64,000 bases of DNA. Source: an uncultured Phycisphaerales bacterium. Lineage in GTDB: Bacteria > Planctomycetota > Phycisphaerae > Tepidisphaerales > Tepidisphaeraceae. A program made the translations under genes and the position numbers. Location of the stretch: assembly GCA_963755915.1 (NCBI GenBank), contig CAVWLP010000003.1, positions 96,001-160,000 of the forward strand. Reading direction: 5' to 3'. Below, piece by piece: positions 45,651 through 56,157 of the stretch (positions within the stretch are counted from its first letter, which is position 1; the number at the start of each line of letters is the position of its first letter). The notes under the pieces are model-generated. The model searched no databases and was not told the DNA's origin. It saw nothing but the letters and a program-made list of their open reading frames with translations.

Positions 45651-46559
45651 ATGCCGCAAGAACCCGTCTCTGCTTGTTGTGGATTGTTCCCGAGGTATTC
45701 GACGTCCCAAAACACGGCATTTCGGTCGGTCCTATGCGGGTATATCGTTCTAACGCTTATCGGGGCTTCGTCCCGGGCGGAAACACTCCTCTACGATGAC
45801 TTCAATACGCCCGTCCTCAATAGGGACAACTGGTCGGTGGGGACTTGGGCCTTGGGACGGACGCAACTCGGAAATAAACCCGTGTTATTCCCCAAAACAA
45901 GCAACGAGCCAGCCTATGCCCGGCTCGAGTTGGACACGTTCAATCCAACGAATATTCAGCACCAAAATTCCGGTGAATACATGTTTCGCGGAACTGAGAT
46001 TTATTCCAAAAAGACGTTCTCGGTGATCCCGCCCGGCGTCCGCTTCGAGGCTAAGGTGCGTAATGAGGGCATCTTGCCGGCGGGACTGGTAACTTCGTTT
46101 TTTTCCTACACGCAGTATCAGGCTTCCGCCGCAACGCTCGCAGATGAAATTGATTTTGAATTCCTCACTAACCAGCTGGCTGCTGCGCACGGGCCGATCT
46201 TGTGCACCACCTGGCACGATTTCAATACGAGCCACGCGAACCCCGGCAACAACAATACTCGCAATCCCAAATACGCCGTGTGGACCCACCGATCGGCGAC
46301 TAACGACCTGACCAAATGGACGATCTACGATATCGACTGGTATCCGGACCATGTTGAGTGGTTTGTTGATGGTCAACTGGTGCGCACGGCCAGCCAAACA
46401 GTGCCCAATCGACCAATGTCGATTCGTTTAAACTTTTGGGCGACGAGCTCCGACTGGAGCGATGCCTTTAATGCCGATTTACAACCAGCCAAAGATCCCG
46501 GCCATAGCAGGAAATTCTACTACGATATCGGTTACGTCAAGGTATGCACGCTGCGATAA
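45651..46559 (+). CDS. GH16 glycoside hydrolase
   Basis: Catalytic DEIDFE; YDIDWYPDHVEWFVDG. Confidence 0.9.
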   Translation: MPQEPVSACCGLFPRYSTSQNTAFRSVLCGYIVLTLIGASSRAETLLYDDFNTPVLNRDNWSVGTWALGRTQLGNKPVLFPKTSNEPAYARLELDTFNPTNIQHQNSGEYMFRGTEIYSKKTFSVIPPGVRFEAKVRNEGILPAGLVTSFFSYTQYQASAATLADEIDFEFLTNQLAAAHGPILCTTWHDFNTSHANPGNNNTRNPKYAVWTHRSATNDLTKWTIYDIDWYPDHVEWFVDGQLVRTASQTVPNRPMSIRLNFWATSSDWSDAFNADLQPAKDPGHSRKFYYDIGYVKVCTLR

Positions 46560-46591
46560 TGGTTTTCGAAAGCGCGGCATTGAAACCTCCA
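46560..46591 (-). pseudogene. Seven-codon integrase stub with RBS
   Basis: GGAGGTTTCA-ATG, MPRFRKP versus MARFRKP of the intact integrase; 145 bp from att versus 147 bp. Confidence 0.75.
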
Positions 46592-46724
46592 ATGATCTGA
46601 GAGCAGACCTTGAGAGGTTTGCGGGGTGTCAGCGGATTATCCAGTCCGAGACCTTTTTCAAGCACTTCTCTGCCACTAAGGCTAGCGTCGAATTCGATCG
46701 TACGTAACCTCTTAATTGTTCAAA

Positions 46725-46768
46725 CGTTCCCGGCGGGGCTCGAACCTGCAACCTTCGGCTCCGGAGGC
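46725..46768 (-). repeat. att copy 1: 44-bp exact copy of the tRNA 3' half
   Basis: Identical to 57315-57358. Confidence 0.95.
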
Positions 46769-47183
46769 GGAAGTCCCCGATACCCGAAGCTGCGGAAACC
46801 AGCTTCTTAAGACATGTCAATACCGGTGCTTATCACCGTTACAGCAACACAGGCATCGCCTGCTAAACTTTTTTAATTCTACACGTTTTATGCTGGTTTT
46901 TCAACGTTTTGGTGACAAATCGGTGACGGCAAAACTGAACTTATATAAAATGACCTCCACCATGCTTTCGAATTGCGTGAGTTGCGGTCGCTTGGCTAGT
47001 CCGTCCATCCAGGATACGAAATTATCCCACGCCATTAACTGCTTCGTCGCCATCGCCGTCGGTCGGGGTACTCAGCGGCCAATGCCGCGTAGCGGCTAAA
47101 ATCGCCGCGGCCGACCGATGGTGATGGTGACAGTCTTTTAATCGCTGCTTCAGAGCCTGAGTCAGAGGGAGGGGGTGCCCTCA

Positions 47184-47205
47184 GGCGGAGAGGCCGGGAT
47201 TCGAA
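47184..47205 (-). other. 3'-end fragment of a tRNA-Ser-like gene (relic att)
   Basis: Minus strand TTCGAATCCCGGCCTCTCCGCC. Confidence 0.5.
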
Positions 47206-47614
47206 ACATCTCAAATCCACGAATTCCTGCTGAATCTCTATTTACGACTTAAGGCCGGCGAATTCCAGGATTTGGCGCGTCTCGAAAATGTACTGAAGCT
47301 GCACGGTTTTTTGCTGTCTTTTGATGCGGGTTGAGGGCAATGGCTCCCATATCCAAGGTGGCGTGGTTCATTATCGCCGAGTCTTGAAGAACACACTTGC
47401 GAGTGTGCATTGAGCAGCGGCCAATCCGTCAGGAGAAAGCGTGCAGCTGGATTTGGCAATTGTGGTTTCTGGATGATCCCACAAATTGGGGAAGAATGTT
47501 TTCCATTTGCTGGCGACCGCAGGATTGCGAACGAGAAGCCCCGAATCAAGAGATCCCCCGCCTTGTTGTGCACCGAAAGGCGCCCATGCAAGATGTGTAG
47601 TACGAAACCAACCA

Positions 47615-48178
47615 TTAAGCATTTTCGCCCGGAACGGAGGGAGGTGGGATGGCTACCGGCCGTTCGGCGGCGTTCGCGGGCTTATGTGACTCTGAACCGC
47701 AGTTCCCTTCCGCGCTTCCAATTGGCGCAATTCCGGCGAAAGGTGCAAGCTCTCTGGTCTTTTGATGGTCAGCGAAGGCAACGCCTTGGTTCGTGAGACC
47801 CCGAAAATAGTGCTTCTGGAATCTTTGCCTTGGCGCAGCTGGATCGTTTATCGCTTGAGCGGCCCAAAATTCCTGCCGTGATTTGACCCAAATATCATAT
47901 CCCTTCGCCAATTCGGAGTTTTCGTTCAGCTGCGCAAAGCGTGGCCGAAATGCCTCCAAATCGAGACGTTTGTGGGGTACCAACATCGCGATTGGCTCGC
48001 CGGCGCGGAACATACATTTTTCGGGCCGCGTGAATTTCCAATTCATTGAAAACGACGCGAAGCTCCAGTCAGTTTCGACCAACCCCTCCAACGGGAACAA
48101 TCCGTCTTTGATAAAATTTGCCGGCCCTCGGCATAGAAGGTTCCATCCGGGAGGCGTGCGAAATACGTAGGGTAGCCA
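47615..48178 (-). pseudogene. DUF6065-like protein, 5'-truncated
   Basis: YVFRTPPGWNLLCRGPANFIKDG, ETDW..FSMNWKFTRP, QKHYFRG. Confidence 0.75.
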
Positions 48179-48500
48179 CCTATTACAAGTTCGCTTTCGT
48201 TCGCAATCCGTGGGACAGAGCCGTTTCTGCTGCGTTGTGGAGGGCAAAGTTTCCGCTTTGTGGGATAAGAGATCTTCGCGATTACGTCGAATGGGCGGAG
48301 CGTGTCAACAGGCTGAACTCGTTCACGGGTCATGAAGTTCATGCTTTGCCGCAATCCGCATTCTTAGTGGACCAAGATGGTCGACAGGCGGTCGACCGAA
48401 TCGGACGTTTTGAGAGTTTTAGCGGCGACCTGCGCCTCATTCTTGGCCGTTTTGAGTCGGATTTGGCAAGTATACCTCATATGAAGAAATCCTTGGGGCG
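48175..48500 (+). pseudogene. Sulfotransferase family 2 fragment, truncated at both ends
   Basis: KFAFVRNPWDRAVS, HALPQ, IGRFE; cut by IS21 at 48501. Confidence 0.8.
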
Positions 48501-48583
48501 TGTCAGTCATCACTTCAAATGCCACCACCGATCATCGGATCAAATGCCACCACGTCCGATATATCGCAATCGACCGTCCCATT

Positions 48584-49495
48584 TCAAATTGACGCCGAGT
48601 TGTTGACTACCGGCGAGGCCGCTTCGGCAGGCTGAACCCCCACGCCAGAAGACAATGGCTTTCTGGCATCGGTGTCTTCCGGAGGGGAAAGCCCTTCATC
48701 GCCGCCGGTACTCCGGCGTCCTCGCGGTTTGGTGGATTCGATGCTTTCAGCGGTAGGCTTCGCCTCCGCGGCACGGTCTCGCAACCGATAGCTTCTGCCG
48801 GTGATCGCGATCACCTCGGCGTTGTGCAGGAAGCGATCGAGGATTGCCGTGGCGGCCGGTACGTCGCCGATCAATTTGCCCCAGTCTTCGAGCGGCCGGT
48901 TGCTGGTCATCATGGTGGAGCGAACCTGGTAACGCCGCATGATGATCTCGAAGAGATATTCGCCGGAGCGTTTGGGCAATTGCTTCATGCCCATATCGTC
49001 GATGATGAGCAGATCGGGCCGGAGATACCGCTCCATGATTTTGTCCTGCTGGTTGAGGGCCTCATCGTGCAGGAAGTCGCGCACCACGTCGAAGATCGAG
49101 CGGTAAAGCACGACCGATCCGTTCTTGATGGCTTGGTATCCCAGTGCCTGGGCGATGTGACTTTTTCCCAGACCCGGCGGCCCGATCAGCAAGACATCCC
49201 GCGCCTCGCGGATGAACCGGCCGGTTGCCAGCTCGAAGATCTGCTTGCGTTTGACCGACGAGTTGAAGGAAAAGTCGAACTCGTCGAGGGTCTTGAGTTC
49301 CCGAAAGCCCGCGATCTTGACGCGCCGGGCGATCAGGCGTTCATTGCGAATGAGCAATTCATCCTGAAGCACCAGTTCCAAAAACTCGCCGTGGGAAAGC
49401 TGATGGCCGGCGGCTTCCTGCAAGCGCACGTCCAAGGTGGAGGCCAAGCCCGAAAGCCGAAGGCGGGTCAGGGCGGTTCGTAACGATTCGTTCAT
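48584..49495 (-). CDS. istB: IstB ATPase
   Basis: GPPGLGKS, LLIIDD, TSNR, AILDRF, SYR. Confidence 0.95.
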   Translation of the reverse strand: MNESLRTALTRLRLSGLASTLDVRLQEAAGHQLSHGEFLELVLQDELLIRNERLIARRVKIAGFRELKTLDEFDFSFNSSVKRKQIFELATGRFIREARDVLLIGPPGLGKSHIAQALGYQAIKNGSVVLYRSIFDVVRDFLHDEALNQQDKIMERYLRPDLLIIDDMGMKQLPKRSGEYLFEIIMRRYQVRSTMMTSNRPLEDWGKLIGDVPAATAILDRFLHNAEVIAITGRSYRLRDRAAEAKPTAESIESTKPRGRRSTGGDEGLSPPEDTDARKPLSSGVGVQPAEAASPVVNNSASI

Positions 49496-49505
49496 AAATC
49501 TCCTT

Positions 49506-50326
49506 TCAAAAAAGTGGAGGCTTTGCCTCCACGGGGGTGTTATCGAAAGCGTCATGGACCAGTTGGGAGTAATCCGAAAGCGACCGGATCAGGGGATGCT
49601 CGGCGACGAACTCGAACTGTTGCTGTTGCGCGGCGGATTCCGATCGTTTCAGCAGATTGCGGATGTCGCGCAGCCGATGGGTGCCGTGCCCTTGAGCCAC
49701 CTGACAGGCCTGTTCGATCATTTTGGCGGGATGGCGATGCGTGAGACTGACCAGCCCCATCACCACGCGCAAGGCGTGAATCCCCCGGCAATTCAGGACA
49801 TTTTCAGCCCATTGGCCGGCGTGGGGACCGATGGCGCTGGCCTTGTTCATCCACCAGGCCGCGCCGCGTTCGATCCCGCCGCGCTTCTCGGGAACGATGT
49901 GACGATCATCGGTGGCGAAGCGTCCCGGCTCGTGCTGAACGTGGATGGCAACCTGCCGAAGCTGAGAATCAAAGAGCCGGACGACGTGCCCGTCCCAGCG
50001 CGCCCAGATGGTCCGGCCGAGGAACTCCGGCGGCGCCGAGTAATACGCCTTGGCCACCTCCACGTGGCCATCACGGTTGACGATCCGCTGGGCTTCCTGA
50101 AAACAGGGGAACCGTCCCGGCGGAAGAGGCAATAGCGCCGGCTTCTCCACTTCCGCGAACATCCTCGCCACCTGCTTGCGCGTGGTGCCATGAATGCGCG
50201 TGTCGGCGATGGTCGATTCCCATTCGGCCAGGAATTGGTTCTGCTCGGAAAGGCTCTTGAAGGTTCGGGCCTTGAGAGCATTCCCCTGGGCGTATCCGAC
50301 GCCGCGTTCGATCTTTCCCTTGTGCC
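49506..50326 (-). pseudogene. istA: IstA transposase, C-terminal part
   Basis: Begins at HKGKIERG; RIHGTT, DGHV...YYSAP. Confidence 0.9.
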
Positions 50327-50442
50327 TGTCATGGGCGCGCAAAACCGGCCAATTGAGGGCGCGCCAAAACCGGCCATTTTGAGGCACAGGAGATTGGGTT
50401 ATCGACCTTGGCTTTCGGCGGTTGCCGCAAGCCAATGGTGGG

Positions 50443-52197
50443 ATGGCCAATCAACTCAAGATGGCGGAAGTACAAGCAATTTTGGCACTTGCGCAGCGGC
50501 TGGTCCAATCGGAACATCGCCCGCCAACTCGGCGTTCACCGGGAGACCGTTGGACGCCACATCCGGTTGTCGGGCGGCGATCCTGCGGCGCCCGGATCGG
50601 ATTCAAAACCGGCCAGCGCGCCCCTCGGCTCGACGGTGCTCGCCGCAGGCGGCTCGACGGTGCTCGCCGCAGGCGGCTCGACGGTGCTCGCCGCAGGCGG
50701 CTCGACGGTGCTCGCCGCAGGCGGCTCGACGGTGCTCGCCGCAGGCGGCTCGACGGTGCTCGCCGCAGGCGGCTCGGAGAGCGCGCCCACCGGGTTATCC
50801 GGCGCGCCCATCGGGTCGGTCAGTACGGCATCGCCCTGGCGTGAGGTCATTGTTCAGAAGTTGGAAGCCGGGCTGACGGCCCAGCGGATTTATCAAGACA
50901 TCTCCAGCGATCACGGCTATGCCGGCAGCTATTACAGCGTGCGCCGGTTCATCAAGAAGCTCTCGGCTGCCGCGCCGGCGCCCTTTCGCCGGATGGAATG
51001 CGAGCCGGGAGCCGAGGCGCAGGTGGACTTCGGCCGGGGTGCGCCCTGGTCGGTCCTGACGGCAAACGCAAAGCAACCTGGGTCTTCCGCATTGTGCTGA
51101 GCCACAGCCGCAAGGGGTACGCCGAGGCGGTGGAGCGGCAGACGACCGATGATTTTCTGCGTTGTCTGGAAAATGCCTTTACGCACTTCGGCGGGATGCC
51201 GTCAGCGCTGGTGATCGACAATCTTCGCGCGGCGGTGACGCGGGCGGACTGGTTCGAGGCGGAGTTGTGTCCCAAGGTCCGGTCGTTCGCCGAACATTAT
51301 GGAATCGCCATTCTGCCCACCAAGCCGTACACGCCGCGGCACAAGGGGAAGATCGAGCGGGGCATCGGCTATGTGAAGAGCAATGCTCTCAAAGGCCGGC
51401 AATTCGCCTCGCTCTCGGATCAGAACGCGCATCTGCTGACGTGGGAGAAGAGCGTGGCCGACACGCGCATCCACGGCACGACGCGGCGGCAGGTGAAGGA
51501 AGTCTTCGAGCAGGTAGAGAAGCCGGCACTGTTGGCTCTGCCGCCGGTGCGATTCGATCTTTTCACCGAGGCGTTGCGCAGTGTTCACCGCGACGGGCAC
51601 GTGGAGATCAAGGGGGCGTACTATTCGGTCCCGCCGGAGTTTTTGGGCCAGCGGGTCTGGGCGCGGTGGGACGGGCGCACGGTCCGGCTGTTCGATCAGA
51701 AGATGCGTGCGATCGCTCTGCACGCGCAGCGTCCGCCGGGCAGGTTCTCGACGCAAGACGCCCATATCCTGCCGGAGAAGATCAGCGGCATCGAGCGTGG
51801 AACGACCTGGCTTCTCCAGCGGATCGAATGCATCGGGCCGCACGCCACGCAGTGGGCGCAGTCAATGCTTCAGCATCGCGGCATCGAAGGCGTGCGCGTG
51901 TTGATGGGGCTGCTGTCGCTGGCCAATCAGCAGCCGCGACCGGCCGTGGAACGAGCCTGCGAGATTGCTCTGGGGCATGGCGCGTATCACCTGCGCTCCC
52001 TGCGGCAGCTCATCGAACACCAAAACGGCGCGCCGGTTCAACAACACTTCGAGTTTGTTCAGGAACATCCAATCATCCGCGGACTGGCCGATTACGGACA
52101 GTTCGTACGCGACGCAATCACCCAAGCGGAGGCTTTGCCTGCCGCACAACCTTTACAGGCCTGCCCTGAGCAGAGCCGAAGGGAGTCCACCCCATGA
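50443..52197 (+). CDS. istA: IstA transposase; frameshifts near 50497 and 51045
   Basis: HTH (IARQLGVHRETV), AQVDFG, VIDN, KGKIERG. Confidence 0.9.
50627..50770 (+). repeat. Six perfect 24-bp tandem units (GSTVLAAG) in the IstA linker
   Basis: (GGCTCGACGGTGCTCGCCGCAGGC) x6. Confidence 0.95.
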
Positions 52198-53084
52198 GAC
52201 CTTCGTTGATGCAGACGCTCAAGCAACTTCGGCTTTCAGGTCTGGCGAGCAGCCTTGAAGTTCGCCTGAGCGAGGCGGCCGGCAATCGGCTCGACCACAG
52301 TGAGTTTTTGGAACTGATCCTTCAGGATGAACTGAACGTCCGATCCAGCCGGCAGATCGGCCGGCGCGTCAAGGCGGCGATGTTCCGCGACACCAAAAAC
52401 CTCGACGAGTTCGACTTCTCCTTCAACACCTCCATCAAACGCAAACAGATTCACGATCTGGCCGCCGGCCAGTTCATTCGTGACAAACGTGACGTGCTCT
52501 TGCTGGGTCCGCCCGGCGTGGGCAAATCGTTTTTGGCCCAGGCCATCGGACACCAGGCGATCAAGAGCGGCTTGGTGGTCCTGTACCGATCCATCTTCGA
52601 CCTGGCCCGCGACTTTTTAGGCGACGAGGATCTGGGAGCCCAGGACAAGACGCTGGCCCGGTATCTCAAGCCTGATCTGCTTATCATCGACGACATGGGA
52701 ATGAAGCAGCTTCCGCGGCGCAGCGGCGAATGCCTGCTGGAGATCGTCATGCGCCGGCACGAGAACCGCTCGACGATGATGACCAGCAACCGTCCACTGG
52801 AGGACTGGGCCAAGCTGATCGGCGACGTGCCGGCGGCCACGGCCATTCTGGATCGGTTCCTGCAGCACGCCACGATCATCAACATCACCGGCAAGAGCTA
52901 CCGCCTTCGGCATGGGGGCCATTCGACTTCGCTCACGGCAGGCCAATCCGGGACACCGGAAAAGACAAATCCAAAAGGACGGCGGAGTACCGCCGGCGAT
53001 GAAGGGTGCTCCCCCCCGGAAGACACCGTGACAGAGCCGCCGTTGTCTTCTGATGTGGGGGTATCCGCCGGCCAGACGGCGTGA
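52194..53084 (+). CDS. istB: IstB ATPase
   Basis: GPPGVGKS, LLIIDD, TSNR; ATGA overlap with istA. Confidence 0.95.
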   Translation: MRPSLMQTLKQLRLSGLASSLEVRLSEAAGNRLDHSEFLELILQDELNVRSSRQIGRRVKAAMFRDTKNLDEFDFSFNTSIKRKQIHDLAAGQFIRDKRDVLLLGPPGVGKSFLAQAIGHQAIKSGLVVLYRSIFDLARDFLGDEDLGAQDKTLARYLKPDLLIIDDMGMKQLPRRSGECLLEIVMRRHENRSTMMTSNRPLEDWAKLIGDVPAATAILDRFLQHATIINITGKSYRLRHGGHSTSLTAGQSGTPEKTNPKGRRSTAGDEGCSPPEDTVTEPPLSSDVGVSAGQTA

Positions 53085-53206
53085 ACGGGGACCAATAACT
53101 CAAGGAACAGTTGCGTCGGATAGAACGGATGCGGTATAGAATACGTCAGCACATTGGCCGGTTTTGAAGCGCCCCGCCCTGGCTGGTTTTGGCGCGCCCC
53201 GTGACA

Positions 53207-54016
53207 GTCAACGCCCCAGATTCAACAGATTCCATGCAATGCGATCACCTGGCCACAGCAGGAGCGGAAGCATTTTCGGAAGAGGGAATCGCCGAGTTGG
53301 CCGAAACGATGCGAATCCACGGGATTTTAGAGGCGATCGGCGTGGTGCGGGATAAGGATGGATATTCCGGCCTGTGGGGTCAGCGCCGATGGCTGGCGGC
53401 CAAGCGGCTGGGGTTGGAGTACGTACCGGCCGTGGTGCTCGACAACATTGAATCGGACGCGGAGGCGGTGGAAATCAGACTCATCGAGAACACCTCTCGG
53501 GAAAACCTCCGCCCCGGCGAGTTGGCGGACGGCCTGGCACGCCTGATGGATATGCAAAAACTCACCGGTGCCGACGTAGCCAAGCGTGTGGGGATGAATC
53601 CCGCATCAGTAACAAAGACCCTTACACTTCGGCAACTGCCGGACTGGATTCGCGAGAAAATCGATGCCGGCGCGATTAGCGCCGGGGCGGGATATGAACT
53701 GGCTCGCATCAAAGACCCGGAAATTCAGGCGGAATTGGCACGGCAAGTGGCCAACGGCGCGTTATCTCGTGATGGTCTGGTTGCGATGGTCAAAGCCCGA
53801 AAACGCGGAGGGAAGAAAGCCGGAACATCAGGAACAAGAGTCACCGCGATGCTCGATTCGAACCGGAGTATTTCATTAAGCGGCAATGGCATGGATTCGG
53901 TCGAAGTGCTGATTCAGTGGCTGGAAGATCTTCTGACCAAGGCCCGCAAAGTGCGGCCTCAGAACTTAGCCCTGGGCACGTTCATCAACATGCTCCGGGA
54001 CCAGTCCAAAACGTAA
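53207..54016 (+). pseudogene. parB: ParB/RepB/Spo0J protein; start apparently lost at the IS21 end, frameshift near 53272
   Basis: IAELAETMRIHGIL, GQRRWLAA, IENTSRENL, HTH. Confidence 0.8.
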
Positions 54017-54055
54017 ATTGAAAGCGCAGATACCAGCCTTTTGGATGGAGGCAGC

Positions 54056-55305
54056 GTGTGGAGCTTTCTGACGCCATGGAGAAAGCGGCAGCAATCGACA
54101 GAGCCGTGGTCGCTGGACCAAAGGCTTTGGAGCTGGTCGCGGCGTGACCATCACTGCATCGCCGATTCGTTCATGCACATTTGCTGCATGGGAGCCACCG
54201 GGAGCGGCAAGTCGAGCGGTCCATCGGAAATGATCGCGATGGCGCATCTGCGGGCTGGCTTCGGTGGAATCTTCACTTCCTGCAAACCCGACGATTTGGC
54301 AATGCAGTTGGAATGGTGCAAAAGGGCGAACCGACTCAATGATGTCGTCGTCTTCGGCCCTGGACACGACAAATGCTTCAACTTCCTTGATTACGAAATG
54401 ACCCGTCCAGGTGTTGGGGCCGGGTTAGTTGACGACATCGTTAAGAACCTCCTCAATATAGCGGAAATCCGTAGCCGCGAAGCGGCCAAAAATGGTGGCG
54501 GCGGCGGTGACAATTCTGAATATTTTGCCAACGCCAAGAAGCAACTCCTATCGACAATCATCGACGTGCTTGGCATGGCCCGGCAGCGCGTCAGCGTGCC
54601 GAACATCTACATGACGCTCAGTTCCGCGCCCGACACGATAAACGAGTGGAATGACCGCCAATGGAGAGAGAAATCGTTCCTCTGGGCGTGTTTGACGGAA
54701 GCGGAACGTTTGGAACGGGACCCTCGGCGGCTCACGGATTTGGACAACGCCGTGAAGTTTTGGAAGGCCTTTGCAAAGCTCAATGAAAGGACGCGCAGCA
54801 ACATTACCAGTACGGTTACGGGAGCGCTTGATTTGCTAAACCGTTCAGTGCTACGACAGCTTTTTTCTGAAGGCACGAACGTCACGCCGGCGGATATCGC
54901 GGCGCGGAAAATCCTCCTGTTCGACATGTCTGTGAAGCAATGGGGCGAAACCGGGGCGATGGGTCAGGTCGTATTTAAGTATGCCTTTCAGAAGGACATC
55001 GAACGACGCGACGTGCACGTAAATCCGCGCCCGGTATTCCTGCATATCGATGAGTTTCAGCTCCTCGCGACCTCGCATGACAGCGAGTTCGCGACAACGT
55101 GCCGTTCGTCGCGCGTTGCCATGATCATTTTGACGCAATCGCTTCCAACGGTCTGGTCGGCCCTGGGCGGCAACGACAAGGCCAAGGCCGACACTTCAAG
55201 TCTGCTGGGCAACATGAACCTGAAGATTTTCTGCGCGAATTCCGAAACCGAAACGAATCGATGGGCCGCTGAGACCATCGGCAAGAAACGGCAGCACCTG
55301 ATACA
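54056..55305 (+). pseudogene. TraD/VirD4-like coupling protein, C-terminus apparently deleted
   Basis: Walker A GATGSGKS, Walker B LHIDEFQ, TQS, LLGN; recognisable similarity ends after WAAETIGK. Confidence 0.75.
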
Positions 55306-55627
55306 GGCCTACCTATGGCGAAGAACAGCAGAACATCACGTAAATGGGGCCAGGGCGCCTTGGGGGCCTATGGCCGGAAGGGCTTGCTGGAAATACAGGC
55401 GGCGGGACCTTTCGGAAATTCCCCAATTGCTGCTCCGACCGACCCTGGAATGCCTGGAATGGCGACGCAGGGGGAGATAGCTCAAGCGCGGCAGGAGGAA
55501 TCGCCGGGGCTGGAAGAAAAGTTTCCCGCGCGCACCGGCATTGGCTTGGACGATCGCGGGCGGGATGACCGTGAAATCGACCCCGATCTTTGAACTGAAA
55601 GCCATTTGTACAAAGAAGGAGATAGCA

Positions 55628-55756
55628 ATGACGACGCTGCTACTGATTCTTCTCGCGTTTCTGATTTTGATGAAGGGGCTATCGAACAAAATGAGCGAAG
55701 AGCCTGAAAAGGTCAAAGATCATCACAACCATAACGACCCGCCTGGAGCGCAGTGA
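55628..55756 (+). CDS. Small hydrophobic peptide
   Basis: AAGGAG RBS; MTTLLLILLAFLILM. Confidence 0.4.
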   Translation: MTTLLLILLAFLILMKGLSNKMSEEPEKVKDHHNHNDPPGAQ

Positions 55757-55828
55757 GTCGAATGCCGCGGGAAAGGCGTTGCCAAGGTCCGCCCGCGGCT
55801 CTGCTCGGAGTTGAACTGGAGACAAGCC

Positions 55829-56050
55829 ATGACCGTCGCGCAGGCCGCCCAGCGAATTGGAATCAGCGCCTCAAAGGTCTATCAATTGGTCGCGTCACGG
55901 CAGATAGGACATTACCGGATAGGCGGTAAGATTGTCTTTTCCGAAGCGGATATCGCGACCTATCTGGAGAACTGCCGCGTCGGCCCGGTCAGCCCCGCAT
56001 CCCCCTCGCCCCGGATGCGCGTGAAACTCAAACATCTCGCCTTCGGATAA
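55829..56050 (+). CDS. xis: Excisionase-like HTH protein
   Basis: TVAQAAQRIGISASKVYQLV...HYRIGG; next to integrase. Confidence 0.85.
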   Translation: MTVAQAAQRIGISASKVYQLVASRQIGHYRIGGKIVFSEADIATYLENCRVGPVSPASPSPRMRVKLKHLAFG

Positions 56051-56113
56051 CCGCCGGCGGACGACGGCAGTCAAGCTACTACTAAATTTCGCAGGCAGCC
56101 GGGAGGTTGCAGA

Positions 56114-56145
56114 ATGCCCCGGCGGGTTGCAGCCCGCCGGGGCAT
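56114..56145. terminator. Hairpin between convergent xis and int
   Basis: 13-bp stem ATGCCCCGGCGGG/CCCGCCGGGGCAT. Confidence 0.6.
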
Positions 56146-56157
56146 CGTCATCACCGC

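Larger units (their letters stand above)
40541..46724. mobile_element. Island 2: glycan cassette with integrase stub
   Basis: Bounded by att copies 2 and 1. Confidence 0.8.
48501..50326 (-). mobile_element. IS21-family element B, left part missing
   Basis: TGTCA end with repeated TCAAATGCCACCAC; istB and 3' part of istA. Confidence 0.9.
50327..53206 (+). mobile_element. IS21-family element A, complete, no target-site duplication
   Basis: TGTCA...TGACA ends, each with two CAAAACCRGCCA repeats. Confidence 0.95.

Noticed and set aside
37976-46768. Additional or split tRNA genes
   Set aside because: Only 3' halves are present; they fit att duplications.
47238-47622. ORFs 47238-47615 and 47371-47622
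   Set aside because: No recognisable motifs and competing frames; a gene call cannot be supported.
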